57,213 nucleotides of DNA. Origin: Minisyncoccota bacterium (GTDB lineage Bacteria > Patescibacteriota > Minisyncoccia > Minisyncoccales > CG1-02-41-26). Below the pieces are notes generated by a model. The model ran no database searches, had not been told where the DNA came from, and worked only from the letters and a program-made list of their open reading frames with translations. The stretch spans positions 1-57,213 of the forward strand of contig JAQUKS010000001.1 of NCBI GenBank assembly GCA_028718965.1, in the 5' to 3' direction. How positions within the stretch are numbered: the first letter of the stretch is position 1; the number at the start of each line of letters is the position of its first letter. This document shows, piece after piece, positions 44,540 through 51,401 of the stretch. A program made the translations under genes and the position numbers.

Positions 44540-45182
44540 AATTGAGTGATAGATAGTGGACCAGTGGAAATTCTTTGACTGGCATAGGAGAAAAGACCGC
44601 TTCGCCCGTATCAGCGACTTCTCGCAGGGAAAACAAAGTCGGGCGTTTTGGATCAAAATCCGCCAGTTCGGCGTATTGAAAATCTCTTCGTTTTACCATT
44701 CCGCCATCTACTAAAGACCATTCAGAAAATATTATGTATTCTTTGCCATTAGCTTTTTTTAAAGTTAGCGCGTCTCCTTGCAAAATGTTTCGCTTCAGCA
44801 CAAAATAAATACTCTTTTTAAACTCATCTTTACACTTGTCTTTATATAATTTGGTATACATTTCATTGAAAATATTATAAAGACGCTCAATGCACGCTTC
44901 AATATTATCCTGCAATAATTCAACTCCATATATACTGCTTACCGCCTGAAACGTCATTCGCTCAAATTCTGTTTGAATAGACCCGTATTTTTTCTTTACC
45001 ACCTCAAGCTTTCTTTCAAGTATTGGAGCTAAAAAATTTCCGTTGCCGCACGCAGGTTCTAAAAAACGGGATTCAATTCTTTCTGTCTCGTTTTTGACAA
45101 GATTAAGCATGGCGCTCACCTCTTTTTCTTGCGTGAATACTTCGCCATGATCCTTAACTCTCTGTTTAGATTTTATTTGCAT
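44523..45182 (-). CDS. Methyltransferase-like protein with SAM-binding motifs but no NPPY-type catalytic motif
   Basis: GEVFTQEKEV, motif I LEPACGNGNFL, IYGVELL and NILQGDAL are present, but no (N/D)PP(Y/F/W) follows. The start was chosen at ATG 45182; the longest ORF starts at TTG 45245. Confidence 0.6.
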   Translation of the reverse strand: MQIKSKQRVKDHGEVFTQEKEVSAMLNLVKNETERIESRFLEPACGNGNFLAPILERKLEVVKKKYGSIQTEFERMTFQAVSSIYGVELLQDNIEACIERLYNIFNEMYTKLYKDKCKDEFKKSIYFVLKRNILQGDALTLKKANGKEYIIFSEWSLVDGGMVKRRDFQYAELADFDPKRPTLFSLREVADTGEAVFSPMPVKEFPLVHYLSLNYEDAK

Positions 45183-45283
45183 AAATAATCTTATTCCTCT
45201 TTTAAGATACCCCCATTTTTTAATAATTTCAATAACTAAAAACAAGCTGTTTTAAGCTTGCTTCTCGGGTGTTCTCCTTTTCC

Positions 45284-45796
45284 CTACCTGAGTCTTTTCT
45301 GTATTTCTTCTGGTGTAGCAAAGGGTATGTTATATGACTGCAAAAAACCTATAAATGTTGTCTGGCTGTCAGTGTCCGAAACTGCAATGATTACATAATT
45401 CCTCCTGTTTTGGCAATGAATTGCCAAAGTTATTGCAGATTTCTGAATGCCTGTTAAAGTGTTTGATTCTATAATATCACGTGGCGCATTAGACATATTA
45501 ACCCCGTAAGTATTCTGCGGGAAAGAACTATCATTAAAAAGCGCCAAATCGCCTAAAACTTTTTTTTCAAAATCTACGAAAGACCTACTGCTAAATGTTG
45601 CAAAGTTGAAAGACGATGAAGCATCAGCCAAAATAATCTCAGCCGTTAATTCCCCAACTGTTAATGGATAGCTGGCAACATTTATCGCGACCCAAACAGT
45701 TTGCGACAAGCCAGAAGTTGACAAATTTGCCATATCTGAAGCTGTATCTGAAGTTGTAATAATAAATTTTTGATCCATAGGCATATTATAACCCAT
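45284..45796 (-). CDS. Hypothetical protein (170 aa)
   Basis: ATG ORF, the last gene of the protease cassette. No recognisable motif. Confidence 0.5.
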   Translation of the reverse strand: MGYNMPMDQKFIITTSDTASDMANLSTSGLSQTVWVAINVASYPLTVGELTAEIILADASSSFNFATFSSRSFVDFEKKVLGDLALFNDSSFPQNTYGVNMSNAPRDIIESNTLTGIQKSAITLAIHCQNRRNYVIIAVSDTDSQTTFIGFLQSYNIPFATPEEIQKRLR

Positions 45797-45901
45797 AGAA
45801 ATTTTATGTCAAATTTTTGCTTTCACTTCCCACCAAAAAGCCACATCCTTATCATAATCAACTATTTTTTCTTTTCCTATCCAACTTAATAATGGCATAA
45901 A

Positions 45902-46561
45902 TTAGTTATTTGGCGCATCAGGCAAGTTGAGATACTGTTGATTTTTGATTGTTGCTTCTGGCCTAATTTTATTAATATCAATATTTAAAAAATATAAAAG
46001 CATACCGACAATAATTAATACCGCTAGTATTATATTTGGAATTAAAAATGATCTCCTAGTAAATTTTACTTTTTCTACTGGAGCGAAAAACAAATGAATC
46101 AAAACAGCAAAAATAGCTACCGAACAAGTAAGCGCAACAATTAACAATATCGCAGACAAAAAAGAATTTGCAGACTTTATGATATTTACATCTACTAGGA
46201 CTAAAGCGATTATTGCGGAAAATAAACCCACTATTTCTGGAATTCTATTTTTTTGATTCTCTATGTCGTTTTTTAAAGTTTCTATTTTTCCAGCCTGTGA
46301 GCTGAAATTGTCAGCCTGTTTTTTTATTTTGTCCTCTTGGTTCTTAAACTTTATATTATGCTCTTCAACATCTTTCTTAATTGTTCTGAATTGATTAGTT
46401 AGTTTATTAGCCTCATTGTTCAGGTTAATAATAGCTTCTCTTATGGGATGGAGATCATCAGAGGTGATTTCTCTCGGCTCTTCAGAAGTAGTCGGTTCTG
46501 TGTCGCTAGATCTAAACCCTTTAGGCAGATCTTTATTTGTTTTATCTCCCAGTGTAGACAT
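45902..46561 (-). CDS. Coiled-coil protein with a C-terminal multi-TM region
   Basis: N-terminal heptad-rich segment (NNEANKLTNQFRTIKKDVEEHNIKFKNQEDKIKKQ...) followed by 3-4 hydrophobic helices. Confidence 0.55.
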   Translation of the reverse strand: MSTLGDKTNKDLPKGFRSSDTEPTTSEEPREITSDDLHPIREAIINLNNEANKLTNQFRTIKKDVEEHNIKFKNQEDKIKKQADNFSSQAGKIETLKNDIENQKNRIPEIVGLFSAIIALVLVDVNIIKSANSFLSAILLIVALTCSVAIFAVLIHLFFAPVEKVKFTRRSFLIPNIILAVLIIVGMLLYFLNIDINKIRPEATIKNQQYLNLPDAPNN

Positions 46562-46567
46562 ATAATT

Positions 46568-47215
46568 TTACAATAATCCATGAATAAAACTGAAAAAGTC
46601 TTTTATATTGTCCACCTTGCTCTTTATTTCGGCTATCACATCACTTAATTGTTCAACCCTTTTTTCTTCAACCTGATAAATATTATTTACGTCAAAATTT
46701 ATCTTTAATGATTTTGCTTCTTGCCCATGGCTATATTCCATCACGATATTATAATTAAATTTATTATCGGCCGATTTAAAATTAAAATTTCTAATCTCTT
46801 TCTTTGTTTTTTTAAAGTTAAAGATTTTATCAACCATTTCCGCTTCTTTTATATCTATCCCTTCTATATCATATGTTAATGCGATAATTGCTCCACAAAA
46901 TTTTATATTGTTAGAAATTGAGCTACTTAGTATCGTCTTTCGTGCCTTGTCGAGAGATAAGATAACATTTATAATATCTGCGCTTTTTTCTAAAATATAA
47001 TTTTTCTCCTGAAATTGTATTCTATTTAAAGAAACAAATACCTCCGCAGGCCTCTTTTCATTCAACTTCTTTATTTGTGGGTCCAATAATCCTAAAGTAA
47101 GCTGCTTATCTTTCAACACCTGATTCTCATCTAAGGCATTTTGCAGTTTGTTAATAGAATCGTCAAATTCAACTGCGGCTAGGACTGAATCGTATTTTTG
47201 AATATCATTACTCAT
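46568..47215 (-). CDS. Hypothetical protein (about 215 aa)
   Basis: ORF 6 nt upstream of the TM protein. The ATG at 47215 is preferred over the GTG at 47230. No recognisable motif. Confidence 0.5.
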   Translation of the reverse strand: MSNDIQKYDSVLAAVEFDDSINKLQNALDENQVLKDKQLTLGLLDPQIKKLNEKRPAEVFVSLNRIQFQEKNYILEKSADIINVILSLDKARKTILSSSISNNIKFCGAIIALTYDIEGIDIKEAEMVDKIFNFKKTKKEIRNFNFKSADNKFNYNIVMEYSHGQEAKSLKINFDVNNIYQVEEKRVEQLSDVIAEIKSKVDNIKDFFSFIHGLL

Positions 47216-47244
47216 AATATTAATAAGCACTTATAATAACTTAT

Positions 47245-48279
47245 CTACTTCCATCCCTGGGCGATGGGCCTAAAAGCTACTTGCTCTTGGGGTATTTGGA
47301 CGGGGCCTTGGGGGGTTTGCTGGGTTATATTTACCTGTTGCTTTTTGAAATCAAGCGTGAGTTCAAAATAATTGGCAATTTCCGCGCTTTCAATAAAGGC
47401 GATTTTGTAGCCCTTTCTGTTTTGCATAGAATTTTGGCCAAGCTCGTTTTCGGGGTTCCACAAAACGCCAAGCTCCATTTCTCGGGCGTATTCCTCGTAT
47501 AAGTCGGTCATCACTTTGGACAACTCGTCGCTTGCTGAAACAACTGTTTTTAGGCCCAAATCCTCTTTGGCTTCTTTCCGGCCGATGAAATATTGGTGCG
47601 AGTAAAGTTTTTCGGTGAAGTAATCAACAATTTTTTCAATTTCCTCCTCTTTCATCGGCGATTTGTGGCTTTTGAGCAGGCGTTTGGCTAAAATTCTGAT
47701 TAGGTTATGGGTGCGGTTGACATTGCCCAAAGCCAAGGGGTGAATTTGCGGGTTGGCTTCAACGAATTTGCTGAAAATTCTAGCTAACTCTGCATCGTCT
47801 TTTATACCGAATTTGTTTTTGGCCAAGTCAAAATAAGCCATAACGTCTTCAACGGAAATCGGAATTTTGTTTTGGGGATTATGCGGGTCTTGGGGATTAA
47901 AAACATTGGCAGTCGAGGGGTCAATCGGTGAAAGCTCGGAAAGATCGCTCATTACGATTTCATCGGCTCCCAATGAAATCATCGTGGCCGATGAGTGGGC
48001 TTTATACGGGATTAAAACCGAAAACTTGTCGCAGTATTCGCGAATCATTGAAACCAACCGCCAAGGCACCATCGTGTCTCCGCCCGCCGAATGTAAAAGT
48101 AAATCAATATTCTCGGTTTTACCAATGGCTCGCAGGTGCTTACTGATTATCGGCACGATATCCATGGCGATTCTGGCTGATGGGGTGCCTGGGGCGCCTT
48201 GCCGATCGCTGGTTAGATATGTAATAACTCGCGAATTTCGCAATTTTTCAATTTGTTGAATAAGTTGTTTTTTATCCAT
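47245..48279 (-). CDS. ClpP/crotonase-fold serine protease (SDH / S49-like family)
   Basis: LLLHSAGGD (oxyanion region) and YKAHSSATMISLGADEIVM (nucleophile Ser region) fit the serine dehydrogenase proteinase-type pattern. Confidence 0.6.
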   Translation of the reverse strand: MDKKQLIQQIEKLRNSRVITYLTSDRQGAPGTPSARIAMDIVPIISKHLRAIGKTENIDLLLHSAGGDTMVPWRLVSMIREYCDKFSVLIPYKAHSSATMISLGADEIVMSDLSELSPIDPSTANVFNPQDPHNPQNKIPISVEDVMAYFDLAKNKFGIKDDAELARIFSKFVEANPQIHPLALGNVNRTHNLIRILAKRLLKSHKSPMKEEEIEKIVDYFTEKLYSHQYFIGRKEAKEDLGLKTVVSASDELSKVMTDLYEEYAREMELGVLWNPENELGQNSMQNRKGYKIAFIESAEIANYFELTLDFKKQQVNITQQTPQGPVQIPQEQVAFRPIAQGWK

Positions 48280-48326
48280 AATTTTGTTTTTAACTACCCT
48301 AATCCTACCTTTATTTTACGTGGATT

Positions 48327-48683
48327 TCAACCTCCCAGTTGCCCGTGCTTTTTATAATTACCTTTAGCTTTTTCCACAGGATAACGTTTGGCGTTTTTGG
48401 CCATTTTATCTTTTAGGGCCTGGGCCAGGTCGATGTCGAGGTCGCGGCTTATGGTTAAAAGGTAAACGAAAACATCGGCCAGTTCGTCGGCTACCTCTTC
48501 TTTGTGGGTTTTAATATATTGGGCGATCTCTTTTTCGCTCTTCCATTGGAAGTGTTCCAAGACTTCGCTGGCTTCCAGGCATATGGAAATGGCCAGGTCT
48601 TTGGGGTTGTGGAATTGTTTCCAGCCCCGGGCCAGGCAGAATTTGTGGATATGCTCGCTCAATTCTTCAAGTTGTGATGGCAT
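48327..48683 (-). CDS. MazG-like nucleoside triphosphate pyrophosphohydrolase (small all-alpha NTP-PPase)
   Basis: EASEVLEHFQW...EVADELADVFVYL shows the EExxE..D metal-binding pattern. Confidence 0.75.
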   Translation of the reverse strand: MPSQLEELSEHIHKFCLARGWKQFHNPKDLAISICLEASEVLEHFQWKSEKEIAQYIKTHKEEVADELADVFVYLLTISRDLDIDLAQALKDKMAKNAKRYPVEKAKGNYKKHGQLGG

Positions 48684-48688
48684 ATGGG

Positions 48689-48711
48689 TAAGTGATTAGT
48701 GAGTGGTGGTT
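48689..48711. repeat. G/T-rich heptad-like repeat, copy A (partner at 49528-49550)
   Basis: TAAGTGATTAGTGAGTGGTGGTT versus TAAGTGGTTAGTGATTGGTGGTT is 21/23 identical. It lies in the 5' region of the MazG-like gene. Confidence 0.6.
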
Positions 48712-48738
48712 GAGTGAGGAGGGCTGTGCATACAAGGG

Positions 48739-48820
48739 TTGACAAGTGGGTTTAAGGGTGTATAATTAAGACACTAAACGTGGGGCGGATTCTATACGAG
48801 TCCGTCTCATTTATTTTATT
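48739..48820 (+). ncRNA. Candidate very short plus-strand transcript (consensus promoter plus terminator)
   Basis: TTGACA-16 nt-TATAAT (48739-48766). The 9-bp hairpin at 48784-48806 contains two G.U pairs that would be C.A mismatches on the minus strand. A T-rich tail follows. Confidence 0.35.
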
Positions 48821-49460
48821 CTTCCTCCATTTGCAAAAGGTATTTCAAATACTCAAAATCTCTGAAATTTCCACCTGCAAGTTGGCGGATTTCCCGGGCT
48901 GTTCTTGGCCCTCGGGCTAAGATTATCACTTCTTTGCCTTGCTCCTTTAGATGCTTCAAAACCGGCAGGAAGTCGCCGTCGCCCGATAGAATAATGGCTC
49001 GGTCGAAATTGTCTTTTTCTTTCATTAGATAAAAAGCCATATCAACGTCGCAGTTGGCTTTTCTTTTGGTGACGCCATCCTCTTGTTCGTATAATTTCAC
49101 CGGTTTGAGAAATAACTCATAACCAAACTTCTGTAATCTTAAGTAAAACCTTACTCTCTGCAAATGTCGAGCTAAAAGTAGGATATACGCCTCATTCATT
49201 CGCTCCCCTTTTTGTTCAATCATTTGAATCAGATGTCTCTCTAACTCATCAATAGGGACGGTAGAATTGGTTAAATAATCAAAAGAAAATTTATGGGTCT
49301 CCACCCCACCAAAATACAGAGCCCTGGTAATGTTGTATTTTTTCTTTAGATAGATCAAGAGCTTAGCATAGTCAATTTTCCAGCCCAAACTTTTCTCGCC
49401 TCCGTAAAAAAGATTGGAAGCATCAATAAAAGCATACGTTTTAAGTTGTTCGTTGTTCAT
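48816..49460 (-). CDS. NYN-domain (LabA-like) ribonuclease-family protein
   Basis: AFIDASNLFY, CDVDMAF and ILSGDGDFLPV acidic motifs. Confidence 0.8.
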   Translation of the reverse strand: MNNEQLKTYAFIDASNLFYGGEKSLGWKIDYAKLLIYLKKKYNITRALYFGGVETHKFSFDYLTNSTVPIDELERHLIQMIEQKGERMNEAYILLLARHLQRVRFYLRLQKFGYELFLKPVKLYEQEDGVTKRKANCDVDMAFYLMKEKDNFDRAIILSGDGDFLPVLKHLKEQGKEVIILARGPRTAREIRQLAGGNFRDFEYLKYLLQMEEE

Positions 49461-49527
49461 ATTCCTTTAATTTACTCTCATTTTTGAGGATTTCCAACGA
49501 CTATAATAGATAGCAGTGACTAGTGAT

Positions 49528-49550
49528 TAAGTGGTTAGTGATTGGTGGTT
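49528..49550. repeat. G/T-rich heptad-like repeat, copy B
   Basis: See copy A. The local tandem AGTGATT-A-AGTGGTT-AGTGATT-GGTGGTT lies between the CYTH stop and the NYN start. Confidence 0.6.
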
Positions 49551-50094
49551 AGAAAACAATGTCACCTTGGGTGGGGTTTTGGGGGTTGGTGATTTCTCGC
49601 CAGAGGCCCCAATAGGAATGGGTAATTTTGTCGTTGAAATCAAGGCCCAGTTTGGCGGCAATTTCGCGGATTCGGGCTTCGGCGGCCTCGATTTCCAAAT
49701 AGTCGCCGAAAGGAAGCTCGTCAAGAGTGATCTCGGCCTCGCCCAAGCTCCACTTTTTCCGCCGCTTCTCCATTATTCGGGCCTTGCTAAAGCCCAGGGC
49801 CCGCAGGATGATTTCCATCTTCGGCAAGTCGGATATTTCCAGCTCTATTTCTTCTCTTTCCTTGAAATCAGGGTTGGCTATTTTGGTCTTGAGCGTAATC
49901 ACATTCTTGAAGCCGCTTCTTACGCGCAAAAACCTCCCCTGCTCTCTTAAAGCGTCCTCTGGCGTGTCGAAAAGAACCGTTCGTTCAAAGGCTTGGCCCT
50001 CATAAACAGTCCCCAGGCCGTTTATTTTCTCTTGCATTTGCTGACGGCTTTCTACTTTGAATTTTACCTCGATCTCACGGTTGTTTTCTGCCAT
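49549..50094 (-). CDS. CYTH-domain protein (class IV adenylate cyclase / triphosphate tunnel metalloenzyme)
   Basis: N-terminal EIEVKF (ExExK signature). 181 aa. The pattern RVR...TLKTK...EEIELE is also present. Confidence 0.75.
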   Translation of the reverse strand: MAENNREIEVKFKVESRQQMQEKINGLGTVYEGQAFERTVLFDTPEDALREQGRFLRVRSGFKNVITLKTKIANPDFKEREEIELEISDLPKMEIILRALGFSKARIMEKRRKKWSLGEAEITLDELPFGDYLEIEAAEARIREIAAKLGLDFNDKITHSYWGLWREITNPQNPTQGDIVF

Positions 50095-50131
50095 ACTTGC
50101 TTTGTTTCATCTTATACTAAAGCCGGCATAC

Positions 50132-50422
50132 CTACTTTGTAGCAAAGGTTTTGCCGGTAGTTTGTTCCAGTATCTCCAAGGTGGCCTGCACTGAAGGGTT
50201 GCCGGTGTTTTTTAAAATCATTTTTCCTCCGTAGGCATTCAGCAGGGGCGTTAGAAATTCGTCTCCCCAAGACGGGGAAAAAGTCAAAACGCCGTCAAAA
50301 TCTACTTCGATTATTTCATCTTCTTGAACGTCTTGCAAAAGGGGCCGCAGAGCCGAAAACGCTTCCCTGCCTGTTTGGCGGGAAATCAATGTTGTGCCGA
50401 ATTTTTTTAGTTCAATAATCAT
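50132..50422 (-). CDS. STAS-like small protein (DUF4325-type)
   Basis: 96 aa; ISRQTGREAF...IIEVDFDGVLTFSPSWGDEFL fits the pattern. The start lies 2 nt after the upstream stop. Confidence 0.55.
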   Translation of the reverse strand: MIIELKKFGTTLISRQTGREAFSALRPLLQDVQEDEIIEVDFDGVLTFSPSWGDEFLTPLLNAYGGKMILKNTGNPSVQATLEILEQTTGKTFATK

Positions 50423-50423
50423 A

Positions 50424-51149
50424 TTAATAAGTAATCAGGGCAAGGCAGCCAGGGATATTTTCTTTTACTTTTTCAATATCCAAGACAGCCGTGCCGCCGT
50501 TTAATGTTAATTTCGCGTCGCCTGTTTGAAAGATCAAATTTATCGGATTCTTCGCGATGACATTCCTTACATATTTCAATCCATTGCCCCTGGCCTCCGG
50601 TTTTCTGCCGGAAATCATCTCGGTAAACGCGACTTTCAGCGCCTCTTCGTGATTCTCAAGCTCGGGCTTCACTCTTTTCAGGGTTTTTAATATCCCCAAT
50701 CCCCTGTCCGCCAAAACAATTTGTTTTTTATTCAGATCATACCCGAAAAAGATGCCGGGGGTATCCGGCCATTGGCCCAAATTATGATCATACGAATTAT
50801 TGCCTATTTCACCGGCAATGGACACAAGCAAAGAAAACATGGCCTTGGCATCTTTGTTTTCCATCATCAAGCTGCCCATTTTTGTAACGCGCGCCTGGAA
50901 TATTCCGCTATTTTGGCAATAGAACTGATCAGGGAATTCTTTGTGTGAAAGCGCCCAGTCCTTGGCAAGCTTGAATAAATTACTCAAGAAAGTTTCTATG
51001 TCCCCGACATCTTTTTTGAATATAACAAAATTACGGCCCATTTTTTGAGCCTTGATATCGCCTTTTTTAATTCTGTTAAAAACAGCTATCCGGCTGACTC
51101 CCAACAACTCGGCTAATTCTTTTGTGGTATAAAATTCTTTTAAATTCAT
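50424..51149 (-). CDS. Excisionase/MerR-type HTH fused to a GHKL (RsbW/SpoIIAB-like) ATPase fold
   Basis: HTH YTTKELAELLGVSRIAVFNRIKKGDI, N-box-like EIGNNSYDH, G1 DRGLGI and G2-like ARGNGL. Confidence 0.6.
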   Translation of the reverse strand: MNLKEFYTTKELAELLGVSRIAVFNRIKKGDIKAQKMGRNFVIFKKDVGDIETFLSNLFKLAKDWALSHKEFPDQFYCQNSGIFQARVTKMGSLMMENKDAKAMFSLLVSIAGEIGNNSYDHNLGQWPDTPGIFFGYDLNKKQIVLADRGLGILKTLKRVKPELENHEEALKVAFTEMISGRKPEARGNGLKYVRNVIAKNPINLIFQTGDAKLTLNGGTAVLDIEKVKENIPGCLALITY

Positions 51150-51167
51150 ATGTTGTTAATGTCTTTT

Positions 51168-51200
51168 ACCCATATTAACATATGTTAATATGGGTGTCAA
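51168..51200 (-). promoter_or_regulatory. 28-bp perfect palindrome overlapping a TTGACA-17-TAATAT promoter (probable operator)
   Basis: ACCCATATTAACAT|ATGTTAATATGGGT (51168-51195). -35 box at 51195-51200 and -10 box at 51172-51177 on the minus strand. It lies 19 nt upstream of the HTH-GHKL start. Confidence 0.65.
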
Positions 51201-51313
51201 TACTTAACAACGGCGCTTTTCCTTTGTTTCATCTTAATTTTATTCTACGCTTTCGAGATGGCTTTGCAATAAAAAACAGCCCATGAGGACTAAGGACGTT
51301 TGTAAGCAGCTCT

Positions 51314-51400
51314 TGTTTGACAAAAATTTTTGTGCTATACTGCAGACATCCACACGAGAAAGCACTTCTTTGGGTTTCGTCCCTTGGCGGTGCTTTTTCA
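51314..51400 (+). ncRNA. Candidate short plus-strand transcript (extended -10 promoter plus terminator)
   Basis: TTGTTT-16 nt-(TGC)TATACT (51314-51341). The hairpin AGCACT...GGTGCT (51361-51394) has G.U pairs only on the plus strand and is followed by TTTTTCATTT. Confidence 0.35.
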
Positions 51401-51401
51401 T

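Noticed and set aside
44540-44656. The N-terminal 39-aa extension of the 544-aa methyltransferase ORF.
   Set aside because: The extension lies entirely inside the upstream MTase-like gene in another frame. Conserved MTase sequence only begins after the internal Met (MKMQNNYNPDV).
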